64,000 bases of DNA, taken from an uncultured Thiotrichales bacterium. GTDB lineage: Bacteria; Pseudomonadota; Gammaproteobacteria; UBA4575. The notes under the pieces were generated by a model, which was given only the letters and a program-made list of their open reading frames with translations, did not search any database and was not told the DNA's origin. This document shows positions 8,298 to 18,150 of the stretch, piece after piece (within the stretch, counting starts at the first letter, position 1; each line of letters opens with the position of its first letter). Location of the stretch: the NCBI GenBank assembly GCA_964614915.1, contig CAZTNC010000019.1, positions 2,091 through 66,090 of the forward strand, given 5' to 3'. The position numbers and the translations under genes are program-made.

Positions 8298-9290
8298 ATG
8301 TACTATCTTCATTTTGAGAATGTGACAACTATCGTGAGAACAGCCCTGTTCTACCCGTTCCGATATTTCATCGCAATATTTGGTTTGTGTGTTCTTGTCC
8401 TGACAGGAGCAGTACATGCAGAAGATGACCAAAGAAGGCACAGCGGCGTATATGTAGGTCTTGAGTTGGGATTTGTGAATGCCGAGGGGCTGTCGTCTGA
8501 CTTGTCGGGAATCAACCACCCTACGCAGTGTGACCAACTGCTCAAGGATGACGATCCGGCAACGGATGACAGGGTGGTAGACCTGTCGAATCCGGCATGT
8601 AATGTTGGTGACATACCCCAAACCTTGTCCGCCAATTCTTTTGATCTGGGCAATGAGCTACTGGGTGGTATCAGCGTGGGCTACGTGCGGGACAGGGTTC
8701 GCATCGAGCTTGAATACTCACACCGGGTTTACGATGGCAGCGATTCCTCGCCCTGGAGAATCCCCGGCTCAAACACCCCTCTTGCAAGCAAAAACAACGA
8801 AGTCAGCGAACTTGATCCACCGTCCGAACGGATATCGAATTTCGACGCCCACCAGCTTTTCGTGAACGCCTACTACGATTTTCCGAACTCCTCACGCTGG
8901 ACTCCCTATCTGGGTGCGGGTTTCGGCTGGGCTCGGACCCGGTTTGACTACATTGCCCGCTTTTTGCGCAAAACACACGCACAGGGATACCCGCCAGACA
9001 AACCACCGGCGGCTGCCGGTACGCTCGGCTACTGGGATACGAGGATCTCCGAGACGCTTTTCGGCTTCCAACTCCTGGGCGGTCTGGACTACGCGCTGAG
9101 TGAAAACCTCTCAATGGGCATCAAGGCACGCTGGGCCGAGTTCGAGGATTTCAGCCACAGCGGCACTTGGGATCTCATCCGCAGTCATGAGCCCGTGCAG
9201 GCCGATGGCGTGACCCCATGGAGGAGCACACTTGAGTTTGACGATGTCGAATACTGGGCCGTGAGCTACGTGGTCAAGTATCGATTCTAG
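8298..9290 (+). CDS. Outer-membrane beta-barrel protein (opacity/porin-like)
   Basis: Signal-peptide-like N-terminus, 'GVYVGLELG', 'FVNAYYDF', 'WTPYLGAGFG', 'GFQLLGGLDY' and C-terminal Phe. Start uncertain. Confidence 0.8.
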   Translation: MYYLHFENVTTIVRTALFYPFRYFIAIFGLCVLVLTGAVHAEDDQRRHSGVYVGLELGFVNAEGLSSDLSGINHPTQCDQLLKDDDPATDDRVVDLSNPACNVGDIPQTLSANSFDLGNELLGGISVGYVRDRVRIELEYSHRVYDGSDSSPWRIPGSNTPLASKNNEVSELDPPSERISNFDAHQLFVNAYYDFPNSSRWTPYLGAGFGWARTRFDYIARFLRKTHAQGYPPDKPPAAAGTLGYWDTRISETLFGFQLLGGLDYALSENLSMGIKARWAEFEDFSHSGTWDLIRSHEPVQADGVTPWRSTLEFDDVEYWAVSYVVKYRF

Positions 9291-9507
9291 TCAAGAAACC
9301 TCAGCTCACGGTGGTGTATCCGTTTGAAAAATTGTTTAGGATTTAGCTAAAAGACTTAGGTCAATTGCCAATTGAATAAGGCATTGCTGTATTGGCTCTT
9401 TTCCCATTTCCCTACTCCACCAGGCCTGTTTGCAGGATAGAGGATAGACCATAGCCTATGGTTTAATAACATGCTCCTGCGCATATAGCAGATTATAGGA
9501 GCTAGTT

Positions 9508-9933
9508 ATGAGCGATTCAAAAGGATGGGTATCTGCCAGAGCAAATTGTACAGTTGAAGTTGCTGCGCGTGCTATTCATGCGGCTATAAAATCAGATATT
9601 GAAGAATTCAACGATCTACCAACTGAAAAAAGAGGATGTCGCACTTTTAAAATTGATGATAGAGATTACACAAACGTAGGTATTGGGTTTAATGTAGACA
9701 ATAGGCATATAGCAGGTGCGCCAAGAACCTATTGGGCACTTACTTTTAAGGTTAATAAAAATAATATAAACGTATTTATTAACGATGCTAAGGAACAAAA
9801 AGAAAGTCTTTTATTTCCTATTGAAATTCAGTGGTGCGAAGAAACATCCCTATGCCAATACCTAGCGGACGAACAACCTGTAACACCAGAAGAAATTTCA
9901 CGAAAAGCATTATATCCGGTATTTTTTAAATAA
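9508..9933 (+). CDS. Hypothetical protein
   Basis: 141-aa AT-rich ORF with GGAG RBS. Confidence 0.6.
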   Translation: MSDSKGWVSARANCTVEVAARAIHAAIKSDIEEFNDLPTEKRGCRTFKIDDRDYTNVGIGFNVDNRHIAGAPRTYWALTFKVNKNNINVFINDAKEQKESLLFPIEIQWCEETSLCQYLADEQPVTPEEISRKALYPVFFK

Positions 9934-9935
9934 AA

Positions 9936-10157
9936 CTATTCATCACTGTTTAATGCTACTAGACAGGCACTAATCATAATTAGTGCCTGTCTAGTATAAT
10001 CAAGCTGTTCTTTAATTTGATTTATCTCGGATTCACAAACTCCAGGCTTACTATAATCTTTTGTAACATCAATACCTGTGTACATTTTTAGCTTTTTAAT
10101 ATCTGCCAATAAAGCATTTATGTTCTCGTCTATGCTTTCTTTTTTAGTTTTTGACAT
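9936..10157 (-). CDS. Hypothetical small helical protein
   Basis: 73-aa AT-rich ORF with GGAG RBS. Confidence 0.45.
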   Translation of the reverse strand: MSKTKKESIDENINALLADIKKLKMYTGIDVTKDYSKPGVCESEINQIKEQLDYTRQALIMISACLVALNSDE

Positions 10158-10194
10158 AAGATTCTCCTAATCGTTAAATATCAATGCGACAATA

Positions 10195-10581
10195 ATGTAT
10201 TCGAAACCTCTAAGTGAATTAACACCTTTTACGTGGCGTATACTTGTTCAAAGAGTGTCTGATGAGCATGTTAATTTCTATAGAAATAACAACATAACTA
10301 TCACGTATGGTGATCTAGCTTACATCCTAGGGATTCATGCCTTAAGCGTAAGCTATAACTTGAATCAAATTCATAGATTCTGTAATCGTAATAATTTACC
10401 TAGGTTAAATATAATTGTCGTACGTAAAGACACTAATAAACCTGGTAAAGGCATGCCTTCTGATGTAGTTGATTTTAACAAGGAGATAAGTCAAGTTAGA
10501 GAGCATGATTGGTACCAATACAAAATACCTACTAGTAACGATTTCTTATCAAATACCAGTCGTGTAGAAATTAAAAAATAA
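10195..10581 (+). CDS. Hypothetical protein with winged-HTH-like 'ITYGDLA...LP.L..IVV.K.T..PG.G' signature
   Basis: Motif recognised in the 128-aa translation; function unknown. Confidence 0.6.
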   Translation: MYSKPLSELTPFTWRILVQRVSDEHVNFYRNNNITITYGDLAYILGIHALSVSYNLNQIHRFCNRNNLPRLNIIVVRKDTNKPGKGMPSDVVDFNKEISQVREHDWYQYKIPTSNDFLSNTSRVEIKK

Positions 10582-10621
10582 TATTAGGTATCACATACCG
10601 TACCAAGACCGCGGCCATCGA

Positions 10622-11779
10622 TCAGTCCAGTCCCGGGACCACGGGAATCACCGTACCCCAGTAATGACAACTCGGACACTGCCAGTAGAGCCTCCTGCAA
10701 TGAAACCCGCACTGCGTGCACTGGTGCGAGTTGTGCTGGCTGACGAAGTTCTCAATGCTCATCTGGATGCGATCGGAAATCTGCTCGCGGAAAGACTCGT
10801 TTTGCAGCGGCACGTTCTTCAGGAACGCGTTCACTTCCAGCAGTGACAGCTCGGGCTTTTCCAGCAGCAGTTCCAGGATTTCATTTTTCCCAACCTCCCC
10901 GTCCGCCAGATCCGTCAGCAGGGAGGACATCACGATTCCGCTCAGTTTCGAGTCCTTGACCTTGAGCAGGAACTGTCGGAACCCTTCGGCATCGTCCTGG
11001 CTCAGGAAGGCTTCGTGCAGCTTTGCAAAAATTTCCGGCAGGTACTCCGGGGTCTGCTTGGCCACGTTTTTGTAATGCCGGGTGGCGGCCTTGTAGTTTT
11101 TCTCGTGCATGGCGTAATTGCCAAGCAGCACGTTGGCCCGCGCACAATGCCTGTCGTACGACAGTGCCTTTTTAGCAAGCTTCCCGGCCGCCTCACCTCC
11201 ATCGCTTTCCTCGTCGAACGCCTGCTCGCTCAGCTCACAGCAATAGTGTGCAATCATCGGACTCATGTCCTCATTGTTGACCTGCTCCAGCGCCTTGGCG
11301 GTCTCAATCGCCTTGCGCCACTCCTTTTCCTGCTCATACAGGCCAAGCAGCAGGGGGTAGGCTTCCAGTTTTTGCAAGCCAATCCGGATCACGTCGGAAA
11401 ACAGGGATTCGGCCCGGTCCAGCAGCCCGGCCTTGAGATAGTCCTTGCCCAGCTCCAGCAGTGCGGTTGAGCGATGGGTGGAAGACAGCGCCGGGCGCTC
11501 GATCAGGTTCTGGTGGATGCGGATGGCCCGGTCCACCTCACCGCGGCGCCGAAACATGTTGCCGATCGCGAGATGGGTCTCGACGGTCTCGGTGTCCACA
11601 TCCACCAACTCAATAAAGACTTCCAGCGCCTTGTCCGGCTGCTCATTCAGCAGGTAATTCAGGCCCTTGAGGTACTCACCCGGGATTTTCGGCTTGGACT
11701 TCTGATGATAGACGATATAGGCCAGGTACCAGCCCGCAAGGCCTGCCAGCAACAGCAGCAGCCAGTAGAGTTCCGGCAT
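10622..11779 (-). CDS. lapB: LPS assembly protein B (TPR repeats and rubredoxin domain)
   Basis: 'YLKGLNYLLNEQPDKA', 'THLAIGNMFRRRGEVDRAIRIHQNL', and C-terminal CxxC...CPSC. Confidence 0.95.
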   Translation of the reverse strand: MPELYWLLLLLAGLAGWYLAYIVYHQKSKPKIPGEYLKGLNYLLNEQPDKALEVFIELVDVDTETVETHLAIGNMFRRRGEVDRAIRIHQNLIERPALSSTHRSTALLELGKDYLKAGLLDRAESLFSDVIRIGLQKLEAYPLLLGLYEQEKEWRKAIETAKALEQVNNEDMSPMIAHYCCELSEQAFDEESDGGEAAGKLAKKALSYDRHCARANVLLGNYAMHEKNYKAATRHYKNVAKQTPEYLPEIFAKLHEAFLSQDDAEGFRQFLLKVKDSKLSGIVMSSLLTDLADGEVGKNEILELLLEKPELSLLEVNAFLKNVPLQNESFREQISDRIQMSIENFVSQHNSHQCTQCGFHCRRLYWQCPSCHYWGTVIPVVPGLD

Positions 11780-11905
11780 CAGTCAGGCCTCTTGTTCAGT
11801 AATGGATGAAGGTATGCGATTCATGTCGGCCCAAGTCATGCCTGAGACAACCCATCCTGCACGGCTTTTCTGGGATCAGGAATGAAGCGCTTTTCTGCCG
11901 CGGCG

Positions 11906-12202
11906 TTATTTGTCGGTCTGCGACCGGTTCACGCGTTCTCGCAGTTCCTTGCCTGGCTTGAAGTGGGGCACATGCTTGCCCGGCAGTGAGACGGCCTCCC
12001 CAGTCTTGGGGTTGCGCCCGATGCGGGGCGGTCGAAAATGCAATGAGAAACTTCCGAAACCGCGCACCTCGATGCGCTCGCCTCTGGCAAGCGAAGTGCT
12101 CATCTGTTCCAGGAGGCTTTTGATCGAGAGCTCGATATCCTTGTAGGCAAGATGATTTTGCTGTGAAGCAATATTTTCGATCAGCTCCGATTTCGTGATC
12201 AT
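11906..12202 (-). CDS. ihfB: Integration host factor beta subunit
   Basis: 'MITKSELIE...[29 protein letters not shown]...[14 protein letters not shown]'; follows rpsA. Confidence 0.96.
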   Translation of the reverse strand: MITKSELIENIASQQNHLAYKDIELSIKSLLEQMSTSLARGERIEVRGFGSFSLHFRPPRIGRNPKTGEAVSLPGKHVPHFKPGKELRERVNRSQTDK

Positions 12203-12246
12203 GCTTTTCTGATCTCCAGTTCCCATGACACTCTCCTGCTTGATTA

Positions 12247-13938
12247 TTATTCTGATTCCTTGGAACTGTCCTTATTTTCCTCGATCGATTCCTTCAATAT
12301 GTCCCCCAGGTTGGTCGCAGCCGACTCGTTGCTGCTATAGTCCTGAACCGCTTCCGCCTCTTCCTGGGACTCCTTGGCCTTGATCGAAAGCGTGACCATC
12401 CTGGACTTCTTGTCCACCCCGGTAAACTTGGCCTCGATCTCCTGGCCTTCCTTGAGCACCGTGTGAATGTCCTCGATGCGGTCTCGGGCAATCTCCGAGG
12501 CCTTCAGCATGCCTTCGACCCCTTCCGCCAGCGAGATGGTGGCCGCCTTGGCATCCAGCTTGCTGACCGTGCCCTTGACGATGCTGCCCTTGGGGTTTTC
12601 CGCGATCCATGCAGAAAACGGATTCTGCACCAGTTGCTTGACGCCCAGCGAAATACGTTCGCGCTCGGCATCCACCGACAGCACCATGGCGCGGAGCTCA
12701 TCGCCTTTCTTGTAGGCGCGCACCGCTTCTTCGCCGGGCTGGTTCCACGACAGGTCCGACAGGTGCACGAGTCCGTCGATACCACCTTCCAGGCCCACGA
12801 AGATTCCAAAATCCGTGATCGACTTGATCATCCCGGTGGCCTCGCTGCCGCGGCTGTGCTTGCTGGCAAAGTCCTCCCAGGGGTTAGGCTGGCACTGCTT
12901 CATGCCAAGTGAAATCCTGCGGCGCTCCTTGTCGATGTCGAGGATCATGACCTCGACCTCATCGCCAAGCGAGGCAATCTTCGACGGGCTCACGTTCTTG
13001 TTGGTCCAGTCCATCTCGGAGACATGGGCCAGACCCTCGATGCCCTCCTCAATTTCTACGAAGCAGCCGTAATCGGCAATATTGGTGACCTTGCCAAATA
13101 CCCGGGTGCCCTCCGGATAACGGCGCTCAATGCCGCCCCAGGGGTCGTCGTTGAGCTGCTTCAGGCCCAGCGACACACGGGTCTTTTCCTTGTCGAACTT
13201 CAGCACCCGCACATTGATCTCATCACCGATCGATACGATCTCGCTGGGGTGCTTGACCCGCTTCCAGGCCATGTCGGTGATGTGCAGCAAACCGTCCACG
13301 CCGCCGAGGTCCAGGAAGGCCCCGTAGTCGGTCAGGTTCTTGACGATGCCCTTGACCACCGCACCCTCTTTCAGGGTGTTGATCAGTTCTTCGCGCTCGA
13401 CGCTGTATTCCGACTCCACCACGGCACGGCGCGAGACCACGATGTTGTTGCGCTTGGTGTCGATCTTGACGAGCTTGAATTCCAGTTCCCGGCCTTCGAG
13501 GTAGGTGGTGTCACGCACCGGGCGTATGTCGACCAGCGAGCTTGGCAGGAATGCGCGAAGATCACGAAGCTCCACGGTGAATCCGCCCTTGACCTTGCCG
13601 GTGATGATGCCGGTGACCGTCTCACCCGCCTCGTGGATGCGTTCGAGCTCGGTCCAGGCCCTCGCCCGCCGCGCCTTCTCGCGCGACAGCTTGGTCTCCC
13701 CGTAGCCGTCTTCCAGGGCATCCAGGGCGACCTCGACTTCGTCGCCGACTTCCACTTCCAGCTGGCCGTTGTCCATCTGGAACTGCTCGATTGGAATCAT
13801 GCCCTCGGACTTGAGTCCGGCGTTGACGACCACGGCATCTTTGCCGATGTCGACGACCGTACCGTTGATGATGGTCCCGGGCTGGGTATTGATGTTGTCT
13901 TCGCTCTCTTCCAGAAGCTGGGCAAAACTCTCGGCCAT
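12247..13938 (-). CDS. rpsA: 30S ribosomal protein S1
   Basis: '[12 protein letters not shown]', repeated S1 domains, cmk-rpsA-ihfB synteny. Confidence 0.98.
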   Translation of the reverse strand: MAESFAQLLEESEDNINTQPGTIINGTVVDIGKDAVVVNAGLKSEGMIPIEQFQMDNGQLEVEVGDEVEVALDALEDGYGETKLSREKARRARAWTELERIHEAGETVTGIITGKVKGGFTVELRDLRAFLPSSLVDIRPVRDTTYLEGRELEFKLVKIDTKRNNIVVSRRAVVESEYSVEREELINTLKEGAVVKGIVKNLTDYGAFLDLGGVDGLLHITDMAWKRVKHPSEIVSIGDEINVRVLKFDKEKTRVSLGLKQLNDDPWGGIERRYPEGTRVFGKVTNIADYGCFVEIEEGIEGLAHVSEMDWTNKNVSPSKIASLGDEVEVMILDIDKERRRISLGMKQCQPNPWEDFASKHSRGSEATGMIKSITDFGIFVGLEGGIDGLVHLSDLSWNQPGEEAVRAYKKGDELRAMVLSVDAERERISLGVKQLVQNPFSAWIAENPKGSIVKGTVSKLDAKAATISLAEGVEGMLKASEIARDRIEDIHTVLKEGQEIEAKFTGVDKKSRMVTLSIKAKESQEEAEAVQDYSSNESAATNLGDILKESIEENKDSSKESE

Positions 13939-13968
13939 AAAACTACTGTCGTTTCCTTGTATGCAAAT

Positions 13969-14664
13969 TTATCCTTGCTGTACCAGTGCGGCGATACGCG
14001 CCACTACCTGCAGGATCGATAAATCGGTTGAATCCACCCTGACCGCATCAGCGGCCGGTCTCAGTGGCGAGATGGGACGCTGCTTATCAAGGGTATCGCG
14101 CGTCTTGATCTCTGCCAAAAGACGGTCAAGGCTAGCACTAATCCCTTGTTTCATCAACTGTTTTTGTCGCCTGTGTGCACGCTCTTCGGCACTGGCCGTC
14201 AGGTAAATCTTGTGCGGTGCATCCGGGAAGACCACCGTGCCCATATCACGGCCTTCGGCGACCAGCCCGGGCACCTTGCGAAAGCTGAGCTGCTTTTTCA
14301 GCAGCGCCTCGCGCACCTCTGGGCGCACCGCAAGCCGGGAGGCTTCCCCGCCACATTCTTCGGTACGCAGCTCATCGGATACGTCGACCTCATTGACCAG
14401 CACCTGCACGTCCCCCTCATCGCCCTGGGGCTGGAAAACGATCTGCAGGGTTTCACAGTGCTTGAGCAATTCCTGAAGGTCGTCCGTCCCAGTCAGGTGG
14501 TGCAGCCGGTAGTGGGCCAAGATGCGGTACAGGCTGCCACTGCCGAGATAATGGTAGCCCAGTTGTTGTGCCAGCTTAACGGCGATGGTCCCCTTACCCG
14601 AGCCTGCAGGCCCGTCAATGGTCACCACTGGAACATTGGTCTCTGGCATCACCTGTACACTCAT
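13969..14664 (-). CDS. cmk: Cytidylate kinase
   Basis: 'VVTIDGPAGSGKGT', 'LVAEGRDMGTVVFPDA'. Confidence 0.97.
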   Translation of the reverse strand: MSVQVMPETNVPVVTIDGPAGSGKGTIAVKLAQQLGYHYLGSGSLYRILAHYRLHHLTGTDDLQELLKHCETLQIVFQPQGDEGDVQVLVNEVDVSDELRTEECGGEASRLAVRPEVREALLKKQLSFRKVPGLVAEGRDMGTVVFPDAPHKIYLTASAEERAHRRQKQLMKQGISASLDRLLAEIKTRDTLDKQRPISPLRPAADAVRVDSTDLSILQVVARIAALVQQG

Positions 14665-15962
14665 TCAAACAAAAGGCCCAGCTGTGAAGCCGAGTCCACG
14701 AAGCCGGGGAAGGATGTAGCCACGGCGTCTGTATCCGTGACCGTGACTGTGCCCGAGGCCGCCAGGGAAGCCATGGCAAAGGCCATCGCGACACGATGAT
14801 CGCCGCCACTGTCCACCGTCCCGCCACGAAGTTCACCTCCGGTGATTATCACCCCGTCCGGTCTTTCCTCGGCACCGATGCCGAGGGTTTGCAGGCCCGA
14901 CACCATGGTACGGATCCGGTCGGATTCCTTGGTGCGCAACTCCTCTGCACCACCCAGTTGCGTGGTGCCCTTCGCGCAGGCTGCGGCAATGAACAGGATG
15001 GGAAATTCGTCAATGGCATCGACCACCAGGTTCTGCGGGATGTCGATGCCGTGCAAGGAACTGCTGGTTACCACGAGATCGGCCACGGGCTCCTCACCAT
15101 AGTTTCTTTCATTTCGGATATCAATTTTCGCACCCATCTGCCGCAGTATTTCCAGCGCCCCGGTGCGGGTTGGATTGATGCCGACATTCTTGACTGTCAG
15201 TTGTGCATCCTGCGAGATCAGGGCACCGACGATAAAAAAAGCTGCCGAGGACAGGTCCCCGGGAATATCGATTTCCGTGGCCGCAAGTTCCCCACCCCCC
15301 TGCAGGCACACGCGGTGGTCTGCACGCTCGATCGCACAGGAGAAGGTGCGCAGCATGTTCTCGGTATGGTCACGGCAACGCACCGGCTCGGAGATGCAGG
15401 TACGACCCTTTGCATAGAGCCCCGCCAGCAGCAGGCACGACTTCACCTGGGCACTGGCCACCGGCAAGACATAATCGATGGCGTCCAGAGTCTCGCACGG
15501 GCGGATCTCCAGGGGCGCGGTACCTGCCGCACTCAGGGTGATGTCCGCGCCCATGGCCTGTAACGGCTCAGCAATGCGCTGCATGGGGCGGGCATTGAGC
15601 GAGGCATCCCCGCTCAGGGTGCTGGAAAACGTCTGCGCACACAGGATACCGGCCAGAAGCCGCATCGCCGTGCCAGAATTTCCCATGTCCAGTACGCCGC
15701 CCGGCGCCTGCAGGCCATGCAGTCCGACGCCTTGTACCCGGAGCCTGTCCGGTGCCAGCCAGTGCACCTGTACCCCCATGTTACGGAATGCCTCCAGGGT
15801 GGCCAGGCTGTCTCCGGAGGGCAAAAGCCCCCGGATCTCGCTGGTGCCCTGCGCCAGGGACGCCAGCATGATGGCGCGGTGCGAAATCGACTTGTCGCCA
15901 GGCGGATCCAGCTGGCCGGTGCACCGGCCCTGCGGGGCGAGTCGGAAACGGGTGCTTTCCAT
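14661..15962 (-). CDS. aroA: 3-phosphoshikimate 1-carboxyvinyltransferase
   Basis: 'PGDKSISHRA', 'DMGNSGTAMRL', 'SAQVKS', 'ELRTKESDRI', 'GDHRVAM'. Confidence 0.97.
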   Translation of the reverse strand: MESTRFRLAPQGRCTGQLDPPGDKSISHRAIMLASLAQGTSEIRGLLPSGDSLATLEAFRNMGVQVHWLAPDRLRVQGVGLHGLQAPGGVLDMGNSGTAMRLLAGILCAQTFSSTLSGDASLNARPMQRIAEPLQAMGADITLSAAGTAPLEIRPCETLDAIDYVLPVASAQVKSCLLLAGLYAKGRTCISEPVRCRDHTENMLRTFSCAIERADHRVCLQGGGELAATEIDIPGDLSSAAFFIVGALISQDAQLTVKNVGINPTRTGALEILRQMGAKIDIRNERNYGEEPVADLVVTSSSLHGIDIPQNLVVDAIDEFPILFIAAACAKGTTQLGGAEELRTKESDRIRTMVSGLQTLGIGAEERPDGVIITGGELRGGTVDSGGDHRVAMAFAMASLAASGTVTVTDTDAVATSFPGFVDSASQLGLLFE

Positions 15963-15985
15963 GGACACGGCGTGTAAAGGCGGCC

Positions 15986-16849
15986 CTACTTCTTTTTAGA
16001 GTTGTGATCGCGCAGGTGCTTGGCCTGCTCCAGGAAGGCATACAGGGCCTCTTCCTTGCCATCAGAGATCAGCGAGTGCAACTCCTTCAAAAGCTGTCCG
16101 AAGCCCTCGATGGAGACCAGCAACTGCTCGCGGTTGGCCAAGCAGATATCCGTCCACATGGCCGGACTGCTGGAGGCAATGCGCGTGAAATCATAAAAGC
16201 CAGCGGCCGCATAGTCGAAAATCTGTTCGGCCTCGGGCTTGGCTTCCAGGTAGTTCACCAGGGTATAGGCCACCATGTGAGGAAGATGGCTGGTAGCCGA
16301 CAGGATGAGGTCATGACGATCTGCGCTCAGTTCATCCACCTTAGCGCCCACTGCCTGCCACATGGCCTGGATGCGTTGCAGCGCCTGGGCGTCGGTGTCT
16401 TCGGTCGGGGTCAGGATCACCCTGCACCCATCGAACAGGCGTTCTTTCGCATGCTCGTAGCCGATCCGTTCGCTGCCTGCAATCGGGTGACCAGGAACGA
16501 ATTGCGCCGGCAACTCGCCAAATACCTGTTGGGCCGCCTGGATCACGCTGCACTTGGTGCTGCCAACGTCGGTCAGCAGGGTCGCTGAGCCCAAGCTCGG
16601 CCGGATCGCCTCTAGCGCCTCCGCGGTTTTCGCTACCGGCACGCCGAGGATCACCAGGTCCGCATCTGCCACATCCGCATCTGCCAGCAGGGCGTAGTCA
16701 TCGATCAGGCCCACAGACTGTGCACCAGCCAGGCGCGCGCGGTCTCGCCCAAGTCCTGTGATGGCCCGGGCCAGATCCAGGCGTTTCAGGTCTTTCGCAA
16801 GCGAGCCGTTGATCAGGCCCACGCCGACCAGGCAGACTTTACCGAACAT
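15986..16849 (-). CDS. tyrA: Prephenate dehydrogenase
   Basis: Rossmann 'VGVGLINGS', 'TDVGSTK', 'FVPGHPIAGSE', 'SHLPH'. Confidence 0.93.
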   Translation of the reverse strand: MFGKVCLVGVGLINGSLAKDLKRLDLARAITGLGRDRARLAGAQSVGLIDDYALLADADVADADLVILGVPVAKTAEALEAIRPSLGSATLLTDVGSTKCSVIQAAQQVFGELPAQFVPGHPIAGSERIGYEHAKERLFDGCRVILTPTEDTDAQALQRIQAMWQAVGAKVDELSADRHDLILSATSHLPHMVAYTLVNYLEAKPEAEQIFDYAAAGFYDFTRIASSSPAMWTDICLANREQLLVSIEGFGQLLKELHSLISDGKEEALYAFLEQAKHLRDHNSKKK

Positions 16850-16870
16850 CGATGCGTTTCGCCGGCGGCC

Positions 16871-17950
16871 TCAAAGCACGGCCTTGGGGTAGGATCCAAG
16901 GATCTTGAGCAGGCCGGCTTCGGCCTGCAGGGCTTCGAGCGAGTGCTTGACTGAAGGGTCTTCCCTGTGGCCGTCGAGGTCCAAGAAAAACACGTACTCC
17001 CAGTTCACGAAATGTGAGGGTCTGGATTCGATCCGCGTCATGCTGACGTTGTTGTCTGCCAGTGGCTTGAGCAGGCTGTAGAGGGCGCCGGGCTTGTTTT
17101 TTGCCGAGACCAGCAAGGTGGTCTTGTCGGTCCCGGTCGGCCCGATTTCCTGCTTGCCGATGATCAAAAAGCGCGTGGTATTGTCCGCGGCATCCTGGAT
17201 GCTTTTTTTCAGGACCGTCAACTGGTAGGTGCGCGCCGCCTCGATGCCTGCAATCGCCGCAGCATCCGACTCCTCAGCCGCACGCCGGGCAGCCTCGGCG
17301 TTGCTGTACACCGGCACCTGCGCAACCTCCGGCAGGTTGGCCCCCAGCCAGCGCTTGCACTGTGCCATGGACTGCTGGTGGGCATACAGTGTCTTGACTT
17401 CGGACAAGTCTGCGGCCTTGCTCATCAGGTGCTGGCGCACATGCAGCTCGACTTCTCCGACGATCTTGAGCACCGACTCAAGAAACATGTCCAGTGTGCT
17501 GTTGACGATGCCCTGCGTTGAATTCTCAATCGGCACGACCCCGTAATCGGCGTGGTCCGACTCCACCTCTCGAAACACATCGTCGATGGAATCTGCGGCC
17601 TGGGTGCGGATGGAATTTCCGAAATGCTTGTGTGCGGCCTCTTCGGTAAAGGTCCCGGACGGCCCGAGAAACGCCACCAGCAGCGGCTGCTGCAGGGCCA
17701 GGCAGGCGGACATGGTCTCGCGAATCAGGCGCGCCATTTCCTTGTCGGACAGCGGCCCCTGGTTGTGCTTGATCGTGTTCTTGACGACCAGGGCCTCGCG
17801 TTCCGGGTGATAGTAGCTCTGGTTCTTGCAGGTATCGGTTTTCACCTGCGCGATCTGCAATGCCAATTTCGCCCGCTCATTGATCAGTTCCACCAGGGAG
17901 CGGTCTACAGAGTCGATCTTGCGGCGCAGGTTTTCTAGTTCATTACTCAT
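16871..17950 (-). CDS. pheA: Chorismate mutase / prephenate dehydratase (P-protein)
   Basis: N-terminal CM domain 'LRRKIDSVD', 'VPIENST', 'DNTTRF', ACT domain 'MTRIESRPS'. Confidence 0.96.
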   Translation of the reverse strand: MSNELENLRRKIDSVDRSLVELINERAKLALQIAQVKTDTCKNQSYYHPEREALVVKNTIKHNQGPLSDKEMARLIRETMSACLALQQPLLVAFLGPSGTFTEEAAHKHFGNSIRTQAADSIDDVFREVESDHADYGVVPIENSTQGIVNSTLDMFLESVLKIVGEVELHVRQHLMSKAADLSEVKTLYAHQQSMAQCKRWLGANLPEVAQVPVYSNAEAARRAAEESDAAAIAGIEAARTYQLTVLKKSIQDAADNTTRFLIIGKQEIGPTGTDKTTLLVSAKNKPGALYSLLKPLADNNVSMTRIESRPSHFVNWEYVFFLDLDGHREDPSVKHSLEALQAEAGLLKILGSYPKAVL

Positions 17951-18150
17951 GGGAAACAGCGTCGGGGACGTAAACGAAGTGGCTTCAAGGCTGGAAAACG
18001 ATGTTAATTAATGTGCAAACCGCAAGAGCGTAGGATATTAACAAGAATCGATCAACCAAACCCGGAAAATCGGATCCGGACTCCATGCGCAAAGGACGGC
18101 CGGGACAATCCCCCCTATAATGGGCCTGCGCATCCGTAAAGCCATGATCA

